DNA of 64,000 bases, taken from assembly GCA_021816865.1 (NCBI GenBank), contig JAKAWX010000001.1, forward strand, positions 252,739-316,738, read 5' to 3'. The translations under genes and the position numbers were made by a program. Below are positions 52,810 through 61,836 of the stretch, in pieces; position 1 is the first letter of the stretch, and each line of letters starts with the position of its first letter. This DNA is from Thermoplasmata archaeon. Lineage in GTDB: Archaea; Thermoplasmatota; Thermoplasmata; Lutacidiplasmatales; UBA184. The notes beneath the pieces were generated by a model. It worked only from the letters and a program-made list of their open reading frames with translations, was not told the origin of the DNA and searched no databases.

Positions 52810-54041
52810 AGGTACCGCGACAGCCCGAGGTCAACATCGGCCTGGTCGGGCACGTCGACCACGGCAAGACGACGCTGACCCAGGCCCTCACGGGCGAGTG
52901 GACCGACCGGCACTCCGAGGAGCTGAAGCGCGGGATCTCGATCAAACTCGGCTACGCGGACGCGGCGTTCTACAAGTGCCCGAACTGCCCCGAGCCGTCC
53001 GGCTACTCGACCTCACCCGTCTGTCCCGCGTGCGGCGGCGAGGCGAAGTTCCTGAGAGCGGTCTCGTTCGTCGACGCCCCGGGGCACGAGACCCTGATGG
53101 AGACGATGCTCTCGGGAGCAGCGATCATGGACGGCGCGCTCCTTTTGGTCGCGGCGAACGAGCACTGCCCCCAGCCCCAGACCCGCGAGCACCTCTACGC
53201 GCTCGACATCATCGGCGTCCGCAAGGTCGTGGTCGTCCAGAACAAGATCGACCTCCTCTCCGCGGAGGCCGCCGAACAGAACTACGGCGAGATCGTCGAG
53301 TTCCTCAAGGGGTCCCCCGTCGCGGGCGCCCCGGTGATCCCCGTGAGCGCCAACCACCGGGTTGGTATCGATGCGCTCATCGGGGCGCTCGAGGCGACGA
53401 TCCCGACGCCCGTTCGCGACCTCACGAAGCCGCCGCTCATGTACGTGGCGCGCTCGTTCGATGTCAACCGACCGGGCACCCGGCCGAAGGAGCTGCGCGG
53501 CGGAGTGCTCGGGGGGTCCCTGCTGCAGGGTCGGATCACGCGCGACGAAGAGATCGAGATCCGGCCGGGGCGCGCCGGAGCCAACGCGGCGGCATCGGAG
53601 TCGCTCCGGACAAAGGTCACGTCGATCATCTCGGGCGGTCAGGAGTGGGACGAGCTGCGCCCCGGGGGCCTCGCCGCACTCGGCACCAGCCTCGACCCCG
53701 CGCTGGCGAAGGGCGACGGGCTCACCGGTCGTCTCGTCGGCACGGTCGGGAACCTCCCGCCCGTGAGCCAGAAGATCCGCCTCAAGGCGACGCTCCTCGA
53801 GCGCGTGCTCGGCGCCCAGCGCGAGATCAAGGTCGACAAGATCCGAACGAGCGAGCTCCTGGCGATCACGGTCGGCACGACCGTCGCGAGCGGGAAGGTC
53901 ACGAGCGCCCGCGGCGAGGAGGTCGAGCTCGCCCTCAACCGGGCGGTCACCGTCTTTCCGGGTAGCCGGGTCGCGATCTCCCGACGGCTGAACGCGTGGC
54001 GCCTGATCGGCTTCGGCATCGTGGAGGGGCCGGGGAAGTGA
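52806..54041 (+). CDS. eif2g: Translation initiation factor aIF2 gamma subunit
   Basis: NIGLVGHVDHGKTTL, CPNC...CPAC zinc knuckle, VDAPGHE, VQNKIDL. ATGA overlap with rps6e. Confidence 0.93.
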   Translation: MKVPRQPEVNIGLVGHVDHGKTTLTQALTGEWTDRHSEELKRGISIKLGYADAAFYKCPNCPEPSGYSTSPVCPACGGEAKFLRAVSFVDAPGHETLMETMLSGAAIMDGALLLVAANEHCPQPQTREHLYALDIIGVRKVVVVQNKIDLLSAEAAEQNYGEIVEFLKGSPVAGAPVIPVSANHRVGIDALIGALEATIPTPVRDLTKPPLMYVARSFDVNRPGTRPKELRGGVLGGSLLQGRITRDEEIEIRPGRAGANAAASESLRTKVTSIISGGQEWDELRPGGLAALGTSLDPALAKGDGLTGRLVGTVGNLPPVSQKIRLKATLLERVLGAQREIKVDKIRTSELLAITVGTTVASGKVTSARGEEVELALNRAVTVFPGSRVAISRRLNAWRLIGFGIVEGPGK

Positions 54042-54220
54042 GGCCGGACCTTCTCGAGATCCTGCGCTGCCCGGTCTGCCGGGGCGAGCTCGCGCTCACC
54101 GTCCGCAAGCAAGAGGGGGCCGAGATCGTCGACGGCACGCTCCGCTGCCCGAAGTGCGCGGTCGACTACCCGATCGAAGACGGGATCCCCGACCTTCTGC
54201 CGCCCGACGAGCGGGACTGA
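54038..54220 (+). CDS. Trm112-family small zinc-ribbon protein
   Basis: LLEILRCPVCRGEL...LRCPKCAVDYPIEDGIPDLL. GTGA overlap with eif2g. Confidence 0.75.
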   Translation: MRPDLLEILRCPVCRGELALTVRKQEGAEIVDGTLRCPKCAVDYPIEDGIPDLLPPDERD

Positions 54221-54234
54221 GCCCCCCGGGGGAC

Positions 54235-54666
54235 CTAGCCCCCGGTTGCGTAGTAGTAACCGAATAGGACGAAGAACATCACAGTCGCGACCACGACCGA
54301 CGGGACGAGCCACCGGATCGCTCCCCGGCTGCGAGCCTGCACCGAGCTTCCCACGGTCACCACGGGGATCGCGAACGCGAGCCAGTACCCGCTCAGGATG
54401 GTCTCGTAGAGGGCGAACGACGTGGCGTTCGCGGTCGGGTCGCGCACCGCCAGGGCGATGACCAGCACCACCGCAAATGCGAGGAACGCAAGGCTGACCC
54501 CGGCGGCCTCGAGGTACCCCTCGAAGCCGCGCTTTCGGTTCGGGTAGTACCGCCGCAGGAGGAAGAGCATCGCGACGAACGCGCCGAGCGTCGCGACGAG
54601 GATGTAGAACGACGAGGTCGCGAGCGAGAGCGCGATCGGGCCCGACCCGGGAGGCGGAACGGCCAC
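54235..54666 (-). CDS. Hypothetical integral membrane protein (~4 TM)
   Basis: Four hydrophobic helices in the last 143 codons of track ORF 54235..55077. GTG 54666 lies 8 nt after the cyclase stop. Confidence 0.5.
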   Translation of the reverse strand: MAVPPPGSGPIALSLATSSFYILVATLGAFVAMLFLLRRYYPNRKRGFEGYLEAAGVSLAFLAFAVVLVIALAVRDPTANATSFALYETILSGYWLAFAIPVVTVGSSVQARSRGAIRWLVPSVVVATVMFFVLFGYYYATGG

Positions 54667-54674
54667 CGTGGCAC

Positions 54675-55349
54675 CTACGGGGTGGTCAAGGTCACTCGCG
54701 CGGGTCCGCCGTCGCCGCCCCGGATCTTTAGCGGCAAGCAGTCGAGGCGGTATTCGCCGGCGGGGACCTCCGCGAGCAGGAGTCCCTCGAGGATGAGCGC
54801 GCCCGCGCCGAGCCAGAAGTGGTGGACGGGGAAGCGGTGGGTCGGGTCCGACTCCACCGACAGCGCGTCCACGCCGACGAGGCGGGTCCCTCGGTCGTAG
54901 AGCGCCTTCGCACCCGGAGCGGTGACCGCGACGTAGTCCGGGAAGAACTCGAGGGTCCGGGCCCATCGCGCCGAGTTCGCGGTCCGGAACAAGACCCGCC
55001 GGGTCCCGGACGGCACTCCGGCGACCTCCTCCGGCCCGATCGCCGTCGCGTCGGGCGCCACCGCGACAACGAGGCACGGGCCGTTCAGGAGCTCGAGGTC
55101 GAGCTCGTCCACCGTCGCGCCCCCCGGAATGAAGTGAGAGGGAGGGTCGACGTGCGTTCCCGCGTGCGACCCGAACGTCAGCGCGGAGAGGCTGTACGGG
55201 TCGCCGCGCTGGACCGACGAGACCGGGCGTGTCGCGAACGGCATGTCCCCGGGGAACACGGGCATTCCGGCGAAGAGCGGCATCGATACATCGAAGCGGC
55301 GGAGCGGGCCCACGCAGATCCCCAGCCTCTTTGGGGCCTGTAAGCCCAT
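54675..55349 (-). CDS. Cyclase-family protein (kynurenine formamidase-like, COG1878)
   Basis: FDVSMPLFAGMPVFPGD and SHAGTHVDPPSHF (HxGTHxDxPxH metal motif). This is the last 224 codons of track ORF 54675..56732. Confidence 0.8.
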   Translation of the reverse strand: MGLQAPKRLGICVGPLRRFDVSMPLFAGMPVFPGDMPFATRPVSSVQRGDPYSLSALTFGSHAGTHVDPPSHFIPGGATVDELDLELLNGPCLVVAVAPDATAIGPEEVAGVPSGTRRVLFRTANSARWARTLEFFPDYVAVTAPGAKALYDRGTRLVGVDALSVESDPTHRFPVHHFWLGAGALILEGLLLAEVPAGEYRLDCLPLKIRGGDGGPARVTLTTP

Positions 55350-55436
55350 TAATCCTTCGACCGAAAGCGCGGGCCGGTCGTCCTCGTCGCGACCCGTGCT
55401 CGCGACAAGTCCGCCTGCCCGTGGGTACGAAGCGTT

Positions 55437-56840
55437 ATGCCCGCTCGGACCGAACGAGCAGGGATGGCCCGGGCCCGACGGGGGCGTCTCCCCGACGACG
55501 AGGACGATGACGAGCCGGACTCCGATGAGGAGGACGAGGAGGAACCTCGGCGGCGGCCCCGCCCCGCCCGGCCGACCCGACCTCGCTCGGCGCCTCCGTC
55601 GCCCGTCCAGCGCTGGCGGGGACCCGCGGGGGAGGACGAGGACGACGAGGAGCCGGACGAGCCGCAGCGGACCCGCCGCTGGCGGCCGGACGCCGAGAAA
55701 CCTCCCGTGTTCTGGCGGGCGCGGGACTCCCTTTACTTCGAGCCGCTCGTCGCGCTGGCCATCATCGTCCTCCTGATCGTCGGCCTCTTCGCCTACACCC
55801 AGAACTGGCCGCCGATCTATGTCGTCGAGTCGAGCAGCATGCAGCACGGGACGACCGACGTCCTCGGCCTCATCAACACGGGAGACCTCGTCCTCGCGCA
55901 GAAGGTCAGCGTCTCTTCGATCATACCCTACGTGATCGGCCTCGAGACCGGATATCATACCTACGGAGAGTACGGTGACGTCGTACTCTACCACCCGAAC
56001 GGCGGTGGCCAGACGCCGGTCATCCACCGCGCGATCCTCTACCTCGACTGGAACCCGTCCTCCCGGTCGTACGACATCCCCGACCTCAACGGTCTGGCCT
56101 GCGGAAACGCTTCGAACGCCGTCTACTCCACCCCCGGCACGCCCGGCGGATGCGGAACGACCGGCCTTCGCGGCACCCTCGAACTCTACCACATCGGGTG
56201 GAGATCGGCGAACGTCTCGGTCGACCTCGCCTCGCCCGCCCTCGGGGGCCACTCGGGGTTCCTCACGATGGGCGACAACAACGTCCTCTGTGCGGGCTCG
56301 AATTGCGTCGGCACTCCCGACCAGAGCGGAGGTACCACGCCGCAGATCAGCGAGCTCGTCGAGCCCGGCTGGGTCATCGGGGTCGCCCGTGGGATGATCC
56401 CCTGGTTCGGGTCCCTGAAGCTCCTGCTCGAGGGGAACGCCGGCGAGGTCCCGGCCCAGTCGTGGGAGTTCCTCGGGTTGACCGTCTCGGGCGTGATCTT
56501 GCTCGCATTCGGAATCCATTACGCCTTGCGCGCCGAGGGGATCGAAACCCCGCTGCGCAAGCAGGAGGACGAGGAGGAGGCGGCGGCCGGGGGAAGGTCG
56601 CCGCCCCCGGACGACGAGGACGACGAGTCCGACGAGCGTCCTCGTCGCTTCACCGACGCGTTGCGCCCCTGGCGCCACCCCGCGTCGGACGAAGAGGACC
56701 CGACGACGCCGACGGCTCCGCGGGGCCGACACCGCGCGGCGCGTTTCGACCGCCCGTCAACGAGCCGGCGGGGCCGACCCCGGCCGCACGTCCGCCGGTC
56801 GGAGAAATCGCGACGGCATCCGCACGACGAGGAGCTCTAG
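55437..56840 (+). CDS. Signal peptidase I, archaeal/ER Sec11 type (S26B), greatly expanded
   Basis: VVESSSMQH (Ser nucleophile), NTGDLVL, VIHRA (His), TMGDNN...D, two TM helices. Flanked by ~110-aa and ~90-aa highly charged tails. The start could instead be ATG 55464. Confidence 0.7.
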   Translation: MPARTERAGMARARRGRLPDDEDDDEPDSDEEDEEEPRRRPRPARPTRPRSAPPSPVQRWRGPAGEDEDDEEPDEPQRTRRWRPDAEKPPVFWRARDSLYFEPLVALAIIVLLIVGLFAYTQNWPPIYVVESSSMQHGTTDVLGLINTGDLVLAQKVSVSSIIPYVIGLETGYHTYGEYGDVVLYHPNGGGQTPVIHRAILYLDWNPSSRSYDIPDLNGLACGNASNAVYSTPGTPGGCGTTGLRGTLELYHIGWRSANVSVDLASPALGGHSGFLTMGDNNVLCAGSNCVGTPDQSGGTTPQISELVEPGWVIGVARGMIPWFGSLKLLLEGNAGEVPAQSWEFLGLTVSGVILLAFGIHYALRAEGIETPLRKQEDEEEAAAGGRSPPPDDEDDESDERPRRFTDALRPWRHPASDEEDPTTPTAPRGRHRAARFDRPSTSRRGRPRPHVRRSEKSRRHPHDEEL

Positions 56841-56970
56841 AACTGGACCGACGGTCCACCGCCCCGGGCGGAGACGCGCGTCGACGGACGTGGTCCGGTG
56901 CGAGACGGCCTCTCGGTCGCCGTGGGCAACCTTTTAGGCCCTCCCCGGGTCCGGCGAGTCGGGGGCCGCT

Positions 56971-57846
56971 ATGCACGTCATCGGGGGGACCGCGTCCACC
57001 GCGCTCGCCGAGCGGATCTCCCGGGAGCTCGGGAATGCCCCGTTCGGGATCCCGTTCACCAAGCGGTTCCCGGACGGCGAGATGTACGTGCGCATCGGCG
57101 GTCGGCTCGAAGGCGACGACGCCGTGATCGTGCAGTCGACCCGGACCGACCAGGACCTGGTCGAGCTCCTTCTGCTCGAGGACGCGGTCCGCGAAGCCGG
57201 CGCGCGTCGAACCCTGGTGGTCGTCCCCTACTTCGGATACGCCCGACAGGACCGACGGTTCTTTACCGGTGAGGCCGTGAGCGCCCGCGCCCTCTGCCGC
57301 CATGTCGAACTCGACGCGGACGTTGTCGTCACGGTCGACCTGCACTCCTCCGCCACGCTCGGCCAGTTCTCCAAGCCCGCCTTCGAGGCGAGCGGCATCC
57401 CCGCGATCGCCCGGCTCCTGAGGGAGCGTCCGGTCGACCTCCTCGTCTCGCCCGACAAGGGGGGGATCGACCGCGCCCGGCGGATGGCCCAACTGCTCGA
57501 CAAACCGTGGCTCGCCCTCGAGAAGAAGCGGATCGACAGCGAGCACGTCGAGCTGTCGCTGCCCGAAAGCGTCCCGATCCCGCTCGAAGGGAAGCACACG
57601 GTGATCGTGGACGACGTCATCTCCACCGGCGGGACGATCGTGGAGGCCGCCAAGCTCCTGAAACGTCACCGGGTCGGGGCCGTGAGCGCCGCGTGTACCC
57701 ACGGGCTCTTCCTGAGGGATGCCTTCGAGCGTATCAAGGCCGTCGTCGACGAGGTCTACTCGACCGACACCCTCGGGAATGCCGCCGAGAAAGCCTCGGT
57801 CGCGCCCGACATCGCCCAGATCCTCCGACGCGAGTCGCCGTCCTAG
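56971..57846 (+). CDS. prs: Ribose-phosphate pyrophosphokinase (PRPP synthetase)
   Basis: KRFPDGEMYVRI, VVPYFGYARQDRRF, VIVDDVISTGGT (PRPP loop). Confidence 0.9.
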   Translation: MHVIGGTASTALAERISRELGNAPFGIPFTKRFPDGEMYVRIGGRLEGDDAVIVQSTRTDQDLVELLLLEDAVREAGARRTLVVVPYFGYARQDRRFFTGEAVSARALCRHVELDADVVVTVDLHSSATLGQFSKPAFEASGIPAIARLLRERPVDLLVSPDKGGIDRARRMAQLLDKPWLALEKKRIDSEHVELSLPESVPIPLEGKHTVIVDDVISTGGTIVEAAKLLKRHRVGAVSAACTHGLFLRDAFERIKAVVDEVYSTDTLGNAAEKASVAPDIAQILRRESPS

Positions 57847-57858
57847 TTCGAGGAGAAC

Positions 57859-58824
57859 GTGGACGCCCCGCTCCCCACGGCCGGAGCGCCGCTCGACGAC
57901 CTCCTCGAGCTGGTCCAGTCGATGCGTCGCGAGCTCCGCCGGCGCGACGAGGCCCCGAGCGGTGACTGGGTCGAGCAGTCGGCGAACGACCTGCGTTCGG
58001 GCACCAAGGTCGGTTGGTACTACCCGATCGTCGCCGGAGGCGGCCTCGCTTTCTACGCGACCCAAGGCCGGGAGGCGTACGGTCACGTCCACGCCGGCGA
58101 GGGACCGGAGGCGGCCGCCCGGACGCTTCGCCTCGCGCGCCAACTCCTGGACTCGCTCCCGGCCACGGTGGGTTCGATCGACGTGGGGTTCACCGGACTG
58201 GCCGCCGAGGAGGAGCGGAAGCTTCTCCTCCAGCTCTCGGAGCGCCCGGGGTCGACGGTCATCGATCGTCTCGCACTCGAGCGCGAGCTCGGTCCGGCGG
58301 ACGCGGACGGACCTGGGCCCGCCCCCGACCACCTCTCGCTCGTTCCCGCGCGGGCGGTGACGGTCGAAGCGCTCGCGGACCTCGACCGTCGGGCCTTCTC
58401 GGGAACGGTCGACGAGCTGCTGATCGGCCCGTCGCCCGACGATTACGCACGCGTCCTCCGAGCGATGCTCGGCGGGAGCCTGGGGCGGTTCCTCGACGAG
58501 GCGTCCGTCGCGCTCCTCGTCCCGGAGCCTCCGACCCTTGTCGGCACGCTCCTCTCGGGCGAACAGACCCCACGGACCGCGATCTTCCTCGACTTCCTGG
58601 TGGACCCGGCCGCGCGCGGGCGCGGCTACGGGCGATTCCTGCTGCGGTGGGGGTTCCGGGCCCTCTGGGCCCTCGGCTACTCCTCCGTGCGTCTTTGGGT
58701 GACGACGGGGAACGCTTCGGCCCGGCATCTGTACGACGCGTCCGGGTTCCGGACCATCGCGGCCGCCGCGATCTACCGTTGGGAACGGGGGTCGGCCGGA
58801 CCGCAACCGCAGGCGGTCCGGTAA
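57859..58824 (+). CDS. GNAT-family acetyltransferase with extended, possibly duplicated, N-terminal region
   Basis: C-terminal FLVDPAARGRGYGRFLLRWG...NASARHLYDASGFR (acetyl-CoA motif A). The N-terminal ~170 aa are unassigned. Confidence 0.65.
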   Translation: MDAPLPTAGAPLDDLLELVQSMRRELRRRDEAPSGDWVEQSANDLRSGTKVGWYYPIVAGGGLAFYATQGREAYGHVHAGEGPEAAARTLRLARQLLDSLPATVGSIDVGFTGLAAEEERKLLLQLSERPGSTVIDRLALERELGPADADGPGPAPDHLSLVPARAVTVEALADLDRRAFSGTVDELLIGPSPDDYARVLRAMLGGSLGRFLDEASVALLVPEPPTLVGTLLSGEQTPRTAIFLDFLVDPAARGRGYGRFLLRWGFRALWALGYSSVRLWVTTGNASARHLYDASGFRTIAAAAIYRWERGSAGPQPQAVR

Positions 58825-60149
58825 GGGCAGCTCTCGAACATCCAGGACGGACACGCTTCGAGCGACTCGGGGGCGTGCTCGGCGAGGGCCCGCTCGAGCT
58901 CGCCGAGGCGCCCGCGCCAGAGACGGGCGAACACCGAGACGGGTCGGAACTCGGCCTCGAAGACCCGCACGCGATCCCGCGCGTCCAGCGCGTGCTCGTA
59001 CGCCACGATCACACGACCGGCCGTGCGTCCGGTGGCGACGCAGCGAAACCCGAGCTCGAGCGCGTACTGGGGCGATCGTGCGAGGAGGTCCTCGGCCCGG
59101 TGGGGCACCCGGACCCGCGACGTGCGCACGATGTACGGTTCCCCGCGGAAACCTCCGACCTCCTCGGCCGGGTCGGTCGACCGGGACGGAAGCCGCGCGA
59201 CCTCACCGACCGGACCCGATTCGACCGCTTCGAGCAGGTCCGCGTACAGGGAGGACGCCGGGCCGGGGGCCCGGGACGGGGTCGGCTCGGCGTCCGGAGG
59301 GGGCCGCCGGTCGAAGTACGCACGGCGGGGGTAGACGAGGTCCCGGAATCGGTCGACCGAGGGGGGTGGGGTCGATGCGAGGGCCCGCTCGAGGCGTTCG
59401 CGAAGGGGTCCGGCGATGTCGGGACGGTCGTCGGCCGACGCAACGGCCGCGAGGATGCGGGAGGGCGGGTCCACTTCCTCTCCGGTGCAGTCGCAGACCT
59501 CCGCGTCTTGGTACTCGCACCCCCGGGAAAACCAGCGGCACCGTCCGAGGTCGGTCGGGTCCCTCCGTCCCCAGGCGGCGCGCAGGCGGTCCGCGCGTCG
59601 GTGCATCTCGTCGGAGATTGCAGGAAGGTCACGGAACGATAGGTCGACCACCCGCACCCCTCCGACCGACGTCTCCCGCGCTACGAGCGTGACGAGCCGA
59701 CCGGTCGGGCGCCCGAGGAGCGCGCAGTACATCGCGAGCTGTTCGACATACTCCGGGCGGTCGTCGGCCAGCGCGGCCGGATCGACGGCCAGTGTGGCCG
59801 TTTTCACCTCGACCGGCACGTCGGTGAGGGCGTCGATCCGGCCGACCAGCCCGTCCTTGCGAACCCGGACCTCGAGCCGGACGTCGGGCGCGAGTACCGG
59901 TCCGACCACCCGATGCAGGAAGCGGCCGGCCTCGAGCCGGGCCTCGCGTTCCGGGGGAACCGGAGGAAGCGGGACGAGCGGTCGCCAGTAGGCACGTCGC
60001 AGGCCGAGAAGGTCGGTCACGGAGATCGACGGCGGTCGACCCTCGAGGGGGAACCGTCTCCGTATCTCCTCCGCGAGCGCGGGATCGTCGCGGAATCGGA
60101 CCGCGGACCTCCATTCGGGTGCCGGCGGCCGCGCGCTCGCATCCCCCAC
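58773..60149 (-). CDS. Tandem PD-(D/E)XK (Cas4/RecB-like) nuclease-fold protein with two C-terminal 4-Cys clusters
   Basis: Module 1: GRFLH, GRIDAL..VPVEVKT (D...ExK), EQLAMY (QxxxY), CRWFSRGCEYQDAEVCDC. Module 2: degenerate core ending in CPSWMFESCPYRTACGC. GTG 60149 lies 24 nt from CTATAC (minus). ATG 60254 is an alternative start. Confidence 0.6.
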   Translation of the reverse strand: MGDASARPPAPEWRSAVRFRDDPALAEEIRRRFPLEGRPPSISVTDLLGLRRAYWRPLVPLPPVPPEREARLEAGRFLHRVVGPVLAPDVRLEVRVRKDGLVGRIDALTDVPVEVKTATLAVDPAALADDRPEYVEQLAMYCALLGRPTGRLVTLVARETSVGGVRVVDLSFRDLPAISDEMHRRADRLRAAWGRRDPTDLGRCRWFSRGCEYQDAEVCDCTGEEVDPPSRILAAVASADDRPDIAGPLRERLERALASTPPPSVDRFRDLVYPRRAYFDRRPPPDAEPTPSRAPGPASSLYADLLEAVESGPVGEVARLPSRSTDPAEEVGGFRGEPYIVRTSRVRVPHRAEDLLARSPQYALELGFRCVATGRTAGRVIVAYEHALDARDRVRVFEAEFRPVSVFARLWRGRLGELERALAEHAPESLEACPSWMFESCPYRTACGCGPADPRSQR

Positions 60150-60170
60150 GAGGGTCCCGAGCGCGCCCGG

Positions 60171-60208
60171 GTATAGGAGGGCGCGGGCCGGGAGAGAAGC
60201 CGCTATAC
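60171..60208. promoter_or_regulatory. Back-to-back divergent CTATAC boxes (nuclease gene / nadB)
   Basis: gtatag at 60171-60176 reads CTATAC on the minus strand, and ctatac at 60203-60208 is on the plus strand. Each lies 24-28 nt upstream of its start codon. Confidence 0.45.
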
Positions 60209-60233
60209 TCGAAGAGAGGCTCCTCGGGTCGCC

Positions 60234-61796
60234 ATGACCGAGGCGGCCCGACATCCGCTCATCATCGGAAGCGGCATCGCGGGGCTCTACGTCGGTCTGA
60301 GGTGTCGGGAGCTCGGACTCCGGCCGACGATTGTCACGAAGGCCCGGCTCGAGGAGTCGAACACCCGGTACGCGCAGGGGGGGATCGCCGCCGCGGTCGG
60401 CCCCGGCGACTCTCCGGCGCTCCATCTGGCCGACACGGTCGAGGCCGGGGTCGGCCTCGTGGACCTGAACGCGGCCCGCGTGTTGACCTCCGAGGCGCCG
60501 GCCCGTATCGCCGACCTGGTCCGCTACGGAGTTCCGTTCGATACGGTCGAAGGGCAGGTCGCCCTCGGACGCGAGGCGGCCCACGGCCGCTCCCGCATCC
60601 TGCACGCGGGCGGTGACGCGACCGGCTTCTCGATCGAAGAAGCGCTGCGCCACCGGGTACTCGAGGCCGGCATCGAGGTCCGCGAGCGGACGGTACTGCG
60701 CGCGTTGCGACGTGACGGGAGGGACGGCCCGGTGGCGACCCTCGCGGGAGCGGACGGAGGGTCGGTCGAGGTCTTCGCTTCGGGTCCCGTTGTCCTCGCC
60801 ACGGGAGGCGCCGGTAGTCTCTACCGCCAGAGCTCGAACCCGGCGATCGCGACGGGCGAAGGCGTGGCGATCGCGTTCCGTGCGGGGGCGCTCGTCACCG
60901 ACATGGAGTTCGTTCAGTTCCACCCGACCGTCTTCTGGCGCGAGGGGGCTCCCCGGTACCTCATCACCGAGGCGCTCCGGGGCGAAGGGGCGGTCCTGCG
61001 CAACGATGCCGGGGAGCGGTTCATGACAAAGGTGCACCGGGACGCCGAGCTCGCCCCGCGCGACGTCGTCGCGCGCGCGATCGACCGGGAGATCCTGCGG
61101 ACCGCCCACCCGTGCGTCTATCTCGACGCGACGGCCCTCCCGCGAGATCGGCTCTTCGCCCGCTTCCCTTCGATCTGCCACTTCCTCTCGGCGTACGGCC
61201 TCGACCCGTCCCGCGACCCGATACCGGTGACGCCGGCGGCCCACTACATGATCGGGGGGGTGACCTCGGACCTCGAAGGGCGGTCGACCCTGCGCGGGCT
61301 CTACACGTGCGGCGAGGTCGCGTCGACCGGGGTACACGGCGCGAACCGGCTCGCGAGCAATTCGCTGCTCGAAGGGCTCGTCTTCGGCGAGCGGGTCGCG
61401 CGACAGCTCCTCCACCCCGTTCCGGGCGGGCCCGCCGAGCCGGCGCTGGTCGTGGACGTCAAGGTGGCGCCGGGGGCGGGTCGCGGTGAGGAGCCCCGAC
61501 TCGCCCGCGAGATCCGCGACCTCTTGTGGAACGACGTCGGGATCGTCCGAACGGCGTCGGGCCTTCGGTCCGCGCTCGACGAGTTCGGCCGCATGGGTCG
61601 GACGGCGGAACCGTCGACGCCCGACCAGCACGCCGGGCCGCTTGCGAACGCGGTCGTCACCGCGACCCTGATCGCCCGGGCGGCCCTCGCGCGGACCGAG
61701 AGCCGCGGATGCCACTACCGCTCGGACTACCCTCGCACGAAGCCGTCGTGGCGACGCCACATCGGCCTGCGCTGCGGGAACGCTCCGGCGGCCTGA
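60234..61796 (+). CDS. nadB: L-aspartate oxidase
   Basis: [13 protein letters not shown] motif, [48 protein letters not shown]. Confidence 0.9.
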   Translation: MTEAARHPLIIGSGIAGLYVGLRCRELGLRPTIVTKARLEESNTRYAQGGIAAAVGPGDSPALHLADTVEAGVGLVDLNAARVLTSEAPARIADLVRYGVPFDTVEGQVALGREAAHGRSRILHAGGDATGFSIEEALRHRVLEAGIEVRERTVLRALRRDGRDGPVATLAGADGGSVEVFASGPVVLATGGAGSLYRQSSNPAIATGEGVAIAFRAGALVTDMEFVQFHPTVFWREGAPRYLITEALRGEGAVLRNDAGERFMTKVHRDAELAPRDVVARAIDREILRTAHPCVYLDATALPRDRLFARFPSICHFLSAYGLDPSRDPIPVTPAAHYMIGGVTSDLEGRSTLRGLYTCGEVASTGVHGANRLASNSLLEGLVFGERVARQLLHPVPGGPAEPALVVDVKVAPGAGRGEEPRLAREIRDLLWNDVGIVRTASGLRSALDEFGRMGRTAEPSTPDQHAGPLANAVVTATLIARAALARTESRGCHYRSDYPRTKPSWRRHIGLRCGNAPAA

Positions 61797-61836
61797 CGCC
61801 GACAACCGTTATGGGCGGGAAGCCGTCGCCCACCGC

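Noticed and set aside
55350-56732. Upstream extension of the cyclase ORF (54675..56732)
   Set aside because: It is antisense to the signal peptidase gene. The cyclase homology, including the N-terminal DxS-P-GMP-PG region, begins right after ATG 55349.
56650-58854. 734-aa minus-strand ORF
   Set aside because: It is antisense to prs and the GNAT gene. The composition is R/E/G/P-rich with no motifs. The plus-strand genes have clear PRPP-synthetase and GNAT signatures.
60255-61805. Upstream half of the 1010-aa minus ORF 58773..61805
   Set aside because: It is antisense to nadB, whose FAD and active-site motifs are unambiguous on the plus strand. The nuclease-like domains occupy only 58773-60149.
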